Below the pieces are notes generated by a model, which saw only the letters and a program-made list of their open reading frames with translations, made no database searches and was not told the DNA's origin. A stretch of 64,000 nt of DNA from Treponemataceae bacterium (GTDB lineage Bacteria > Spirochaetota > Spirochaetia > Treponematales > Rectinemataceae): NCBI GenBank assembly GCA_963678065.2, contig CAXXVZ010000003.1, positions 1,664,001 through 1,728,000 on the forward strand. Reading direction: 5' to 3'. Within the stretch, counting starts at the first letter, position 1. Every line of letters starts with the position of its first letter. The translations under genes and the position numbers were made by a program. Below are positions 29,171-39,044 of this stretch, piece by piece.

Positions 29171-30181
29171 ATGAAACGATCCATACTTTCTGTCTTTGTC
29201 ATCTTCCTTGCTTTTTCCGGCGCGGCTTCCGCGAAGCCCGCCAAGGTGGCCGTCTTCGTTCCCGGCGTACGCGCCGGGAGCCCCATCTACGAGGCCCTCG
29301 TTTCCGGCGCCGAAAAGGCCGTGGCCGAACAGCCCGGTTCGAGCCTGAAAGTCCTCGAGGCCGGTTTCAACCAGGCCGAATGGGAAGAGAAACTGACCTC
29401 CCTCGTCGCTACGGGAGAATACGACTACATCCTCACGTCCAATCCCTCGATCCCCGATCTCATCGCGAAAGTCGCTCCCGCCTTTCCGAAACAGAAGTTC
29501 ATCGCGCTGGACGGCTACCTCAAGGGCCTTCCCCAGCTCTACACTGTCCTCTACAACCAGCTCGAGCAGGGCTACGTGACAGGCTATCTCGCCGGACTTG
29601 TCTCGGTCAGCTCCATGCCGGGGGCCAATCCCGCCAAAAAAGTAGGACTGGTCATCGGCCAGCACTACCCGGTCATGGACAGAATCATCATTCCCGGATT
29701 CGAGCAGGGACTCAGGGCGGCCGATCCCGCCTTCCAGCTCGACACCCGCGTCATCGGCAACTGGTACGACGCCACGAAGGCGGCCGAGCTCGCAAAGAGC
29801 ATGTTCGCCTCCGACATCGACGTCATCCTGCCCATAGCCGGCAGCGCGAGCCAGGGCGTCATCAAGACAGCCCAGGAAGCGGGAAAATACGTTGTCTTCT
29901 TCGACGGCGACGAGTACGCGCGGGCCCCGAAGACCATCCTCGGCTGCACGGCGCTCAACCAGGAAAAGCTGGCATACACAAAGCTCAAGGCCGCCTTCGA
30001 GGGCAAGCTCGCATTCGGGACGGCCGAGGTCGTGGGCATGAAAGAAGGCTACATCGAGTTCCTGGACAGGGATCCTTCGTACAGGGAGACTGTGCCTGCG
30101 GCCATCCGCGCCAAGCTCGATGCCGCCATCGCCTCGATCAAGTCCGGCAAGCTGAGCTTCGCAGTTCCCTCGCTGCAATGA
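29171..30181 (+). CDS. BMP-family ABC substrate-binding protein (nucleoside-binding-like)
   Basis: Signal peptide; EQGYVTGYLAG, IGNWYDATKAAELA; GGAGG RBS. Confidence 0.85.
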   Translation: MKRSILSVFVIFLAFSGAASAKPAKVAVFVPGVRAGSPIYEALVSGAEKAVAEQPGSSLKVLEAGFNQAEWEEKLTSLVATGEYDYILTSNPSIPDLIAKVAPAFPKQKFIALDGYLKGLPQLYTVLYNQLEQGYVTGYLAGLVSVSSMPGANPAKKVGLVIGQHYPVMDRIIIPGFEQGLRAADPAFQLDTRVIGNWYDATKAAELAKSMFASDIDVILPIAGSASQGVIKTAQEAGKYVVFFDGDEYARAPKTILGCTALNQEKLAYTKLKAAFEGKLAFGTAEVVGMKEGYIEFLDRDPSYRETVPAAIRAKLDAAIASIKSGKLSFAVPSLQ

Positions 30182-30251
30182 CCTTCCGGCTCCGGTAAAG
30201 CCGGCAACTGCCCGATTCGCCTGAGGCCCGGAACTCAGGGCACAGGCGGAT

Positions 30252-30917
30252 TCAGTAGGGCTTGCGGAAAGCAGTCAGTCTGTCATGATCGCGGAGGATG
30301 TCGGCTATTTCATAGAGACTGTGTATCCTCGGCAGAGGGAAGTCCCGGTACCTGTCGTGCTCGTCGAGCAGGGCAGAGTACCCCCCCATATCGTAGAACC
30401 CGCGAACGTAATGCCGGAGGTCGTCGACGAAGAAAACCTCGGAAGCGGGATAGCCGAAGGAGGAGAGAACACGGTCAAAGGCCGAATGGTGAGGTTTGCC
30501 GTGGAAATGGTTGAAGCGGATGTCGTAGACGGCGGAGAAGCACTCGGCGATGCCCAGCTTGGCGAGAATCCGCTCGGCGTGTTCGGTGGGCGAGTTGGTC
30601 AGGATAGCCTTGGGCAGGGCTATCGAGTCGAGGAAAACTTCCAGATCGGGATCGGCGGGAATGCAGTATTCCTCTCCCCTCGGGTGAATGGCCGCCAGGT
30701 ACTCTTCGGTGTCGGTCAACCCTTCTTCGGCCATGAGCCATTCCAGGGTGGTGCCGTAATTCCGGACCCGTTCGCGCCGGAGTATGATGGCTTCCTCGGG
30801 GCTGATACCGAGAAAACCCGCGACGTAATCCGTCATGCGCCTGAGGATATCCCGCTCCATCCCCGTTGTTTCCGAATACAGAGTGTTGTCCAGATCGAAA
30901 AGAAGAGCCCTGACCAT
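30252..30917 (-). CDS. HAD hydrolase (pyrimidine 5'-nucleotidase-like)
   Basis: FDLDNTLY, YGTTL, TNS, GKP, VDD motifs. Confidence 0.85.
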   Translation of the reverse strand: MVRALLFDLDNTLYSETTGMERDILRRMTDYVAGFLGISPEEAIILRRERVRNYGTTLEWLMAEEGLTDTEEYLAAIHPRGEEYCIPADPDLEVFLDSIALPKAILTNSPTEHAERILAKLGIAECFSAVYDIRFNHFHGKPHHSAFDRVLSSFGYPASEVFFVDDLRHYVRGFYDMGGYSALLDEHDRYRDFPLPRIHSLYEIADILRDHDRLTAFRKPY

Positions 30918-31060
30918 GCTACGGTAGTACCATGCCCGGCGGCCCGGTACAAGATGCGATGTGTGTGCTGGCGTGTATGCCCGGGAACCGTCGCTAAAGG
31001 GCCGGACGATACTGGCCTGAATCGATCCCGCCACGGTATATTCGACTCAAGAGGTCAAAA

Positions 31061-31870
31061 ATGCTCCCCATCGGCGACGACAACACCATGGTCAGAAAAG
31101 GATCCGCCCGCGTCACGTGGACAATAATCCTCCTCAACATATTCGTATTCGTCTTCTTCCAGAAATTCGGGAGCAACTACGGAGCCATCGCCTCCTTTGC
31201 GACAGTCCCCTCGGAGATTCTTTCCGGCAGGGATGTGGTGACCCAGGCGAAGCGGGTGCTCGATCCGGGCTCGGGACTTGTCTACCTCGTACCCGGACTC
31301 AGGCCCACTCCGATATGGGTCTACCTCACACTCATAACATCGATGTTCATGCACGGCGGCTTCGCCCATCTCGCGGGGAACATGCTGTTCATGGCGATCT
31401 TCGGAGACAATGTCGAGTGCAGGATCGGCAGACGGCGATTCATCACCCTCTACCTCGTCTCGGGAATTCTGGGAAGCCTCGCCCATGTCGGTATGTCCGC
31501 CCTCACGGGAGCGGATCTGAACTCACCCATGATCGGCGCTTCCGGCGCGATATCGGGCATTCTCGGCGCCTATCTCGCGCTGTTCCCGGGAAACCGAGTC
31601 TACGTGCTGCTCTTCAACTTCATCCCGACGGCATTCTCCGCCTGGTTCGTCATCGGCATCTGGTTCATCATCCAGCTCTTCGGCGGCCTCGCAGGCATGA
31701 CGGCGGGCGGAGTAGCCTACGCCGCGCACATCGGAGGTTTCCTCGTCGGATGGATCTGGGCGAAACGATACTCCCGCATCGAAGACGACAGACTCGCGAG
31801 GGAACATATCAAGCGCGGTTCCTACGGCCAATCCGGCGACGTCCGCTGGTGGGTCGTGGACGATCGCTAG
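31061..31870 (+). CDS. Rhomboid intramembrane serine protease
   Basis: HGGFAHLAGNM, GASGAISG, AHIGGF. Confidence 0.92.
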   Translation: MLPIGDDNTMVRKGSARVTWTIILLNIFVFVFFQKFGSNYGAIASFATVPSEILSGRDVVTQAKRVLDPGSGLVYLVPGLRPTPIWVYLTLITSMFMHGGFAHLAGNMLFMAIFGDNVECRIGRRRFITLYLVSGILGSLAHVGMSALTGADLNSPMIGASGAISGILGAYLALFPGNRVYVLLFNFIPTAFSAWFVIGIWFIIQLFGGLAGMTAGGVAYAAHIGGFLVGWIWAKRYSRIEDDRLAREHIKRGSYGQSGDVRWWVVDDR

Positions 31871-31901
31871 AAGCCCGGATCGATTGGACTGAAGGCCAGG
31901 A

Positions 31902-32741
31902 ATGCCCTCGCGAAATCACATACACGAATGCGTCGTGCTCCGCGCCCGGGAAAGCCCCTCTGGCGACAGGATACTGAGCCTCCTCACGGCGGAGAACGGC
32001 CTCATCGACGTCTTCGTGTTCGGCGGACCGAAAAGCAAGCTCCGCTCCATAGCCTCGCCCTACGCCGAGGGGCGGGCCTTCGTCTACTTCGATCCGGTGA
32101 AGGATTTCCGCAAGCTCACCGACTTCGATGTCGCGAGGTCCAATCCGGGCTTGCGGGAGAACCTCGGAAGGCTGTGGAGCGCGGGGCTCGTCGCCGAAAT
32201 TCTTCTCAAGACATCGGGCGGCGGCGGCGACTTCGGCCATGTGAAGGAGCTCGCGGCGACGACCTTCGTCCGCCTTTCGGAGGCGCAAGAAGAGGAAACA
32301 GGCTATCCCCTCATCCTCTTTCTCTGGCGACTTCTGTCGGTGCTCGGGCTGGGGCCCGATCCGGGCGAGTGCGTAGGATGCGGAGCGCCCGCAAGCCTCC
32401 TCCGGCCGGGAGATGCCGACTCCACTCCCCTGTACTCCGCCTCGGAGGAGGGATTTGTCTGCGCCGCTTGCGCGAAGGGGATACTCGCCTGTGCCGGAAC
32501 TCGCGGGGACGATCCCGTGTTCCGGAGCAGGCCGGAAATGACGGGACTCATCCCGGTCACCGCGGGCGCGCTGAAGTGGCTCGCCCGCTCCGACGAAATG
32601 AGTTTCGATCGGGCCCTGTCGGCGCGGCTTGATCAGACATCGCTTTCGAGTCTGAAGGAACTCGTGTTCTGGCTCGCGCAGCGGGCAGCCGACTCTCCCC
32701 TCCTCTCCCTCGGGCGGGGCATGCCCGGTGGCGGGAATTGA
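31902..32741 (+). CDS. recO: DNA repair protein RecO
   Basis: N-terminal OB fold (DRILSLLT...G), C4 zinc finger CVGC...CAAC. Confidence 0.85.
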   Translation: MPSRNHIHECVVLRARESPSGDRILSLLTAENGLIDVFVFGGPKSKLRSIASPYAEGRAFVYFDPVKDFRKLTDFDVARSNPGLRENLGRLWSAGLVAEILLKTSGGGGDFGHVKELAATTFVRLSEAQEEETGYPLILFLWRLLSVLGLGPDPGECVGCGAPASLLRPGDADSTPLYSASEEGFVCAACAKGILACAGTRGDDPVFRSRPEMTGLIPVTAGALKWLARSDEMSFDRALSARLDQTSLSSLKELVFWLAQRAADSPLLSLGRGMPGGGN

Positions 32742-32950
32742 CCCGGCGCCGGAATGAGTTCAGAATGTATTTCCTTCCGCAAAGTTCCGGATTCCGGTTC
32801 AAGGTTCAATCGCAGGACGGATTCCCGCGCGATTGAAGGGTGGAGCTCCGGAGCGTTGCGGCTTTGGAACGGAATGTGGGGTTTGTCTCGGAGCCAAGGA
32901 TGTGACGGGATACACGGAATCCCGATTTATGCAGACAGAAAGGCACAACC

Positions 32951-34261
32951 ATGCGAGCAGTCGACATAGTCATGAAAAAGCGCTCGGGGCTTGAACTCGC
33001 GCGCGAAGAAATCTCTTTCATCGTAAACGGCTACGTTTCGGGGGAACTGCCCGAATACCAGATTTCCGCCCTCCTCATGGCCATCTACTTTCAAGGGATG
33101 ACCCCCCGCGAGACGGCGGATCTGACGGAGCTCATGCTCCGCTCAGGCGAGGTAATGGATCTCGGGGGCATCCCTGGTCCGTTCGTGGACAAACATTCCA
33201 CGGGCGGCGTGGGCGACAAGATATCCCTCGTGCTTGCGCCCCTCGCCGCTGCCTGCGGCGCGAAAGTGCCCATGATGTCCGGAAGGGCCCTGGGCCACAC
33301 GGGCGGGACCCTGGACAAGCTCGAGGCCATTCCCGGATACCGGACCGGCCTCAGCCAGGAGAGCTTCAGGGCCGGCATCCTCGCCGACGGCTTCGCCATG
33401 ACGGGTCAGACCGCAAAAGTCGTGCCCGCCGACAAAAAGCTTTATGCCCTGCGCGATGTCACGGGCACCGTGGAGTCCATACCCCTCATCACCGCCTCCA
33501 TTCTCTCCAAAAAAGTGGCCGAAGGCGCGGATGCCCTCGTCTTCGACGTCAAATCAGGCTCCGGCGCGTTCATGAAGTCCTTGGACGACGCCCGCGCCCT
33601 CGCGCGCAGCCTCGTAGACACGGGGTCCGCGATGGGCAAGCGCATCGTGGGCGTCATCACGGATATGTCGGAGCCGCTCGGACGCATGGTGGGCAATTTC
33701 TTCGAAGTCGAAGAATCGCTCGACTGTCTCGAAGGCAATGGCCCTGCCGATCTCATGGAGCTGACCTACCGGCTCACGGCCTGGATGCTCATCGCCGCCG
33801 GCGTAAAGCCCGATCTCGATTCGGCCCTCGAGGCCTGCCGCGATGGGATCGAGTCCGGAAGGGCCCTGAAGCTTTTCCTCGACAACGTGGCGAGACAGGG
33901 GGGAGATGTCGGCCGCATGATGGAGCTCCGCGGACAGTACCGCTCCGCCCACTCCTACGAACTCGCGGCCCCCGCGGACGGGTACCTGCGATCCATCGAC
34001 GCGTACGCGATAGGGCTTGCCGGCGTCACTCTCGGAGTGGGACGCAACACGACTGCCGATCCTGTCCACCCCGATGTCGGCTTCATATTCGACAAAAAAT
34101 CGGGCGACAGAGTGACCAGGGGAGAACGAATCTTCTCCGTGTACGGAAAGGACGAGGCGAGTCTCGAGGCGGTGCGGATGCAGATCGGAAACGCCCTGTC
34201 CTTCGGCCCGGCTCCTGCGCCCCGCAAGCCCCTCATCCTTGAGGAAATCCTTTCCAAATGA
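32951..34261 (+). CDS. pdp: Pyrimidine-nucleoside/thymidine phosphorylase
   Basis: DKHSTGGVGDK, SGRALGHTGGTLDKLE, LRDVTGTV, SILSKK. Confidence 0.93.
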   Translation: MRAVDIVMKKRSGLELAREEISFIVNGYVSGELPEYQISALLMAIYFQGMTPRETADLTELMLRSGEVMDLGGIPGPFVDKHSTGGVGDKISLVLAPLAAACGAKVPMMSGRALGHTGGTLDKLEAIPGYRTGLSQESFRAGILADGFAMTGQTAKVVPADKKLYALRDVTGTVESIPLITASILSKKVAEGADALVFDVKSGSGAFMKSLDDARALARSLVDTGSAMGKRIVGVITDMSEPLGRMVGNFFEVEESLDCLEGNGPADLMELTYRLTAWMLIAAGVKPDLDSALEACRDGIESGRALKLFLDNVARQGGDVGRMMELRGQYRSAHSYELAAPADGYLRSIDAYAIGLAGVTLGVGRNTTADPVHPDVGFIFDKKSGDRVTRGERIFSVYGKDEASLEAVRMQIGNALSFGPAPAPRKPLILEEILSK

Positions 34262-36429
34262 GATGGCTTAAAAAAGAAGTACGCCCCGAAGAGATCAAAG
34301 AGCTGGCTGGCAGATACGGGCTCGACCTCCTCGCCGCCGCCATTTTCGCGAGGCGGGGCATCGTCGATCCCGAACAGCTGAAATACTACCTCGAGGATGA
34401 CCCGCGCCATCTCCACAACCCCTTCCTCTTCGTCCAGATGGAAGACGCCGTGGACCGTATTCTCCACGCCCGGGACGAAGGCGAAAAGGTCCTCGTTTTC
34501 GGCGACGCGGACACGGACGGCATCACCTCGACCGTCCTCCTCCACGAAGCCCTCGCCGGACTCGGGATAGAGACATCCTGGCGCGTGCCCGTGGGCGACG
34601 ACCCCTACGGCCTCTCCACAAAGGCTCTGGACGAGTTCGCCGCTGCAGGGGGCAGTCTCGTCATCACGGTGGATTGCGGGATTTCTAACCACGCGGAAGT
34701 GGAGTACGCACGGGAACGCGGCATCGACGTCATCATCGTCGACCACCACAGGCTCCAGGGTGAGAATCCGCCCGACGCCGTCGCCGTCATCGACCCGAAA
34801 CTCCCCGATTCCGGCTATCCCTTCAGGGAGCTCTCCGGCTGCGGAGTGGCCTACAAGCTCGTCTCTGCCCTGCGCCTCGCGGAGACGGAGCTCTACAAGC
34901 AACACATCGCCCTCCTCAACCTCCGCCCCGACATCTCTCCGGCAGGGGCGCCGGACGAAGCTTCCTCAGGCGGAGGCTTCATTCTCGAGGCAGTCCGCCT
35001 CTCCAACCTCGTCGAAACGGGGCGCATCAGCGAGCGGCTCGTGCCGGGAGAAGTCAGACTCGACAGGGCGAAATTCGTCAGCTTCCTCGCGGATCGCCAG
35101 ATCTTCGTCTGGAATGGCGACTACCAGCAGCGCTGCCTCGCCGCTGCCCTCGGCAAGGGGGCGGAAGTCTTCACGTATGATCTCGCCCCCGAGATCGGCG
35201 TCCTGATCCCCCAGACGGGCGGCAAGAGCCTGGCCGAACTGCGTGAACTCTCCCGAATCGGACGCTACAGGACAAGCGAACTCTCCGAGATCGACGTGTT
35301 CCGGAACCTCTTCGTCTCCTTCGCACTCAGGAGAGCTCAGTGCTTCGACGAGCGGGACAGTCTGCGCCTCCAGCTCGTCGCCCTCGGGACCATCGCCGAC
35401 CTCATGCCCCTGCGCAACGAAAACCGCATCCTCGTGAAACGGGGGCTGGCCTCCATCAACAGGGAGCCGCGGGCTGGCCTCGCCGAACTCTTCTCGACCC
35501 TCCAGCTCGAGCCGAGGACCATGTCGGCCCACGATATAGCCTGGCAGATCACGCCCGTCATCAACGCGTCCGGGCGGATGGGCGCGCCCGACGTGGCCGT
35601 CTCGCTCTTCCTTGCGGAGACTCGGGAAGAGAGGATGCCGCTGGCCGCCGAAGTCGTCGCCATGAACATGGACAGGCGGAAGATGGGCACCGAGAGCTGG
35701 GAGACCGTATTGCCTCTGGCCCGTGAGAGCTTCGCCCGGAACAAGGAAAAACTCGCCGTCATCGGAACCGACAAGGTCCAGCGCGGCATAACGGGTCTCA
35801 TCGCCTCACGCGTGACGGGCGCCCTGAAGGTGCCGGCCATCGTCGCCTCTTTCCAGCCCGATGGATCGACAATCGGCTCCATCCGCTCCGTGCGGGGATT
35901 CCCGGTATCGGCCCTCCTCGAGGCCTGCTCCGACCTCTTCATCGACTACGGCGGCCACGACGTGGCGGCGGGGTTCAGCCTTCCCTCGGGCGCCTGGCCA
36001 GCCTTCGTCGAGCGGACGGAAGCCTTCATCGGCACCGTCGATCTCGCCCTCGCGGAGGAGACGATCAACGTCGACGCCCAGCTCCCCCACGACTACGTGA
36101 CGCCCGAACTCCTCGAACTGACCAAACGATTCGAGCCCTCCGGAGAGGAGAGCCCTCCCCTCATCTTCATGGCGAAGAGCGTCGCGATGGTCGACGCCCA
36201 GATAGTCGGCAAGGGCGAGAAAAATCACCTCAAGCTGACCCTCGACTTCGGCAGGCACAAGTGGCCCGCCATGATGTGGGACGGCGCGGAACGGCTCGAG
36301 CGCGACTTCTCCTGGCGCAACAGGGACCCCGTCGACCTCCTCTTCAGGGTCACCGTAAATCGCTGGAACGGCATGGAGACGCCGCAGATCGAAATCATCG
36401 ACATCAGGAAGGCCGGCTCGGGAGAGTGA
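34258..36429 (+). CDS. recJ: Single-stranded-DNA exonuclease RecJ (with internal insert)
   Basis: GDADTDG, TVDCG, DHH, GTIAD, INASGRM, GSIRS, GGH. Confidence 0.93.
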   Translation: MRWLKKEVRPEEIKELAGRYGLDLLAAAIFARRGIVDPEQLKYYLEDDPRHLHNPFLFVQMEDAVDRILHARDEGEKVLVFGDADTDGITSTVLLHEALAGLGIETSWRVPVGDDPYGLSTKALDEFAAAGGSLVITVDCGISNHAEVEYARERGIDVIIVDHHRLQGENPPDAVAVIDPKLPDSGYPFRELSGCGVAYKLVSALRLAETELYKQHIALLNLRPDISPAGAPDEASSGGGFILEAVRLSNLVETGRISERLVPGEVRLDRAKFVSFLADRQIFVWNGDYQQRCLAAALGKGAEVFTYDLAPEIGVLIPQTGGKSLAELRELSRIGRYRTSELSEIDVFRNLFVSFALRRAQCFDERDSLRLQLVALGTIADLMPLRNENRILVKRGLASINREPRAGLAELFSTLQLEPRTMSAHDIAWQITPVINASGRMGAPDVAVSLFLAETREERMPLAAEVVAMNMDRRKMGTESWETVLPLARESFARNKEKLAVIGTDKVQRGITGLIASRVTGALKVPAIVASFQPDGSTIGSIRSVRGFPVSALLEACSDLFIDYGGHDVAAGFSLPSGAWPAFVERTEAFIGTVDLALAEETINVDAQLPHDYVTPELLELTKRFEPSGEESPPLIFMAKSVAMVDAQIVGKGEKNHLKLTLDFGRHKWPAMMWDGAERLERDFSWRNRDPVDLLFRVTVNRWNGMETPQIEIIDIRKAGSGE

Positions 36430-36546
36430 GTCTCAGGAGAGAAGCCCGGAAGAGTGAGGCGCGGAAGTGAGGCCGCCCTTCCGCGCCGAGGGCATGGCAG
36501 AGGGGCGCACGCTCACCGCCATGCGATGCGGCACCCCAAAAAGGGC

Positions 36547-36575
36547 TTGACGAAAATCCCGCTTTTGGATAGCCT
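36547..36575 (+). promoter_or_regulatory. tRNA operon promoter
   Basis: TTGACG-17 nt-TAGCCT, about 22 nt before tRNA-Gln. Confidence 0.6.
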
Positions 36576-36597
36576 AGCTTCTGTCGTTAGGCGACGC

Positions 36598-36668
36598 TCC
36601 CCGGTTGTGTAATGGTAGCACAGCAGACTCTGGATCTGTTTGTGGGGGTTCGAATCCTCCCTGGGGAA
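36598..36668 (+). tRNA. tRNA-Gln (anticodon CTG)
   Basis: Acceptor TCCCCGG/CTGGGGA, anticodon arm GCAGA-CTCTGGA-TCTGT, T loop GGTTCGAATCC; CCA not encoded. Confidence 0.93.
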
Positions 36669-36718
36669 TACCGTTATGACAGAATGGCAGCAAGATTTGC
36701 GGCGAAGATCTTGAACGC

Positions 36719-36754
36719 AAAGGGAAGCGGCGAAACACTTCGCCGCTTCCCTTT
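36719..36754. other. Strong hairpin in the spacer between the two tRNAs
   Basis: AAAGGGAAGCGGCGAA-ACAC-TTCGCCGCTTCCCTTT perfect stem. Confidence 0.6.
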
Positions 36755-36758
36755 GCGA

Positions 36759-36830
36759 GGCCCCTTCGTCTATCGGTTAGGACAAAAGATTCTCAATCTT
36801 TAAAGACGGGTTCGACTCCCGTAGGGGCTA
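36759..36830 (+). tRNA. tRNA-Glu (anticodon CTC)
   Basis: Acceptor GGCCCCT/AGGGGCT, anticodon arm AAAGA-TTCTCAA-TCTTT, GGTTCGACTCC. Confidence 0.93.
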
Positions 36831-36867
36831 AAAGGCCGATCCTGAAAGGGTCGGCCTTTTTATTTTT
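36830..36867 (+). terminator. Intrinsic (probably bidirectional) terminator after tRNA-Glu
   Basis: AAAAGGCCGATCC-TGAAA-GGGTCGGCCTTTTT. Confidence 0.8.
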
Positions 36868-37082
36868 CTGCAAATTGAATCGGCAAGGGAATCCCGTAGG
36901 GACAGTCTGCGAGCCATGCCATCCTGAACCTGCCTGACGCGACATCGGCCTCCGCGCGACTGCGTGAAGACAGATGACTGGCGATCACTCCGCGGATCAC
37001 CGCCTCGGGCGCCCGAGGATTGCGCGGAGCTGCGGTTGGCGAAAGCTTCTGTTCCTCTCGACGCAAGGCCGAGCCGGACAGG

Positions 37083-39044
37083 CTATTTCTTCGACATAAG
37101 GATGCACTCGACTCCATCGGCTTCCAGACAGATCGTTTTCTCCTCGGCTTCGAAGGACAGAGCATTCCCTGTTTTGTTCACGAAGACGAGAAGAGTCTCG
37201 TCGCCGTGCCGATACTCGGTCATGATCACGGATTCCGGGAGATCGTACAGGGTTTCGACGACGAAGCGCCCCTCATAGAAGAATCGACGCCACGCGGCCT
37301 TCAGGTCGATCAGTTTCTTGACATGGTTCGCGTAGTCGATCTCGCCCGCAATGCCGACGACGCGGCCGCGGTAGATGGAGACGTCGAAGCGATAGCCCAT
37401 GGCGAAGGCGTAGTTGAGCTGGAACTTGTAGTCCTCCCGGCAATCGTGGATGAAGCGGTTCGTCATGATCGCCTCGGGGAAGGTTCGCAGGAAGAGCTGG
37501 GGAAAGCCGTTCTCGGCGTACCAGTTCCCGAGGTCGCAGCCGTGGTGGTAGTCGAGGTATGGCGCGAAGAGATCGACGGTGTTCTCGCTTCCCAAAGCTT
37601 TGTCGCCGGAAAGGAGTCCGCGCAGAGCCTTGAACGTGGCGGCCCGGGAACGGGGCTCAGTATCGCCGCGGTTCCCGTGGGGGTGGCTTGAGTCAAAGCA
37701 GAGCCAGCAGTGGTGGCCGCCTATCTGGTCGTAGAAAATCGAGTCGGGATCGAAGGACAGTTTCACCCTTCCGTTTTCTAGAAGCTTTTCGCGCCATTCC
37801 GGATTGGACATGCAGGCTTTGGCGAAGGTCTTGTAGCCGAAGGTTCTGAGAATGGTTCCGGAATCGGCGAAGCGGTAGTGATCCAGGTAGACGTTGCCGT
37901 CGATGTCCTTGCTCGCGATCCTCTCGCCCGTGGTCTTGTAGTAATCCGACGTGACGTCCATGAGGATTCCGTTGGTGTAGAGGGCGACGCGGCCTCCTTT
38001 GGCCTGGATTTCCTTGATCGCCGCCGCGAGTCCCTCGGCGCCCCCCAGCTCGGGGTCGGGCTCGTAGACCGGATAGCCGTTGTCGAAACAGCCCTTCCAC
38101 CAGCCGAAGACCATGAGACAGTCGAGGCCGTAGCGGGTGCCCTCCTCGTAGAGGCGCGGAAGGTCCGAGTACTTCCAGAATACTTCGCCGAACTGGTGGC
38201 GGAGAATGATGCGCTGCCAGCCCGTGAAACGCCTGACCCACTCGGGTTTTTCCGCCGGTCTGTAGAAGGTTTCGCGCGCCCACGCTCCGTAGCGGTCGGA
38301 GCCCTCGCGCCAGTCGCCCTCCCAGAGAGCGAGGACGGATCGCGCCGTCTCGATCCTCTCGCCCGCGAGAGCCAGGGGATAGTGACAGATCGAGAGGATG
38401 AGGCGGGGAGCCGCGTTGCGCGGGTTCACGCCCGCATTGAAGACGCAACTGCGCGACTCGCCATCGTGGCGTCCGAGGTAGAGGAAGCGGCCCGCCGTTT
38501 CGAGACCCTGCCAGGCCATGCTCAAGGGCCTAGGGTAGACGAGGGGGGACCATATCTCGCGGTAGTCGGCGGCCATGTACTCGCTGTGATACGTTCCGAG
38601 CGCGGACCAGGGATTTTCGAGCCGCTCGCCGAGGCCGCTGGGCCGGTAGAGGACGTCCTTGGATCTGTCCGCGCCGCAGGCCGAAGACAGGTCGACGAAG
38701 GGGAGCTGGAGTTCATTCACCCGGGCGGCTCCGCGGTTCTCGATATCCGCCCACATTTCGATCTCGGTCTCTTTTTTCACGATGTGAACGACGAGGATGA
38801 CGTCGTAATGACGTCCTTTTTCGTCGACGAGACTTTCGTAGACTATATCCATCCCCAGGCCGGAGCGCAGGACGCGCCCATTCTGGGAGGATGATTTGAC
38901 GAGGATTTCCCGCTCGTAGCCATCATCCATGAAGACGCGCCAGAAATCGGCCTTTTCCTCGTTCGCGAGCGGAGTGCCGGGAGCGGACCACGAGACGCGG
39001 TCGGCCGTTTTGTTCAAGGCGAAATCGATGGTGTTTTTCTTCAT
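37083..39044 (-). CDS. Putative glycoside hydrolase (DUF6259-like TIM barrel)
   Basis: FGWWKGCFDNGYP, YTNG, FYDQIG, SEN motifs; ATGA-coupled within the sugar operon; family recognised from memory. Confidence 0.65.
   Translation of the reverse strand: MKKNTIDFALNKTADRVSWSAPGTPLANEEKADFWRVFMDDGYEREILVKSSSQNGRVLRSGLGMDIVYESLVDEKGRHYDVILVVHIVKKETEIEMWADIENRGAARVNELQLPFVDLSSACGADRSKDVLYRPSGLGERLENPWSALGTYHSEYMAADYREIWSPLVYPRPLSMAWQGLETAGRFLYLGRHDGESRSCVFNAGVNPRNAAPRLILSICHYPLALAGERIETARSVLALWEGDWREGSDRYGAWARETFYRPAEKPEWVRRFTGWQRIILRHQFGEVFWKYSDLPRLYEEGTRYGLDCLMVFGWWKGCFDNGYPVYEPDPELGGAEGLAAAIKEIQAKGGRVALYTNGILMDVTSDYYKTTGERIASKDIDGNVYLDHYRFADSGTILRTFGYKTFAKACMSNPEWREKLLENGRVKLSFDPDSIFYDQIGGHHCWLCFDSSHPHGNRGDTEPRSRAATFKALRGLLSGDKALGSENTVDLFAPYLDYHHGCDLGNWYAENGFPQLFLRTFPEAIMTNRFIHDCREDYKFQLNYAFAMGYRFDVSIYRGRVVGIAGEIDYANHVKKLIDLKAAWRRFFYEGRFVVETLYDLPESVIMTEYRHGDETLLVFVNKTGNALSFEAEEKTICLEADGVECILMSKK

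Noticed and set aside
36612..36803. 63-aa ORF in the ORF track
   Set aside because: Overlaps both tRNA genes; spurious
36892..36901. TCCCGTAGGG repeating part of the tRNA-Glu 3' end (possible att scar), with the sugar locus as a tRNA-integrated island
   Set aside because: Only 10 bp, very close to the tRNA; no integrase and no distal att copy seen
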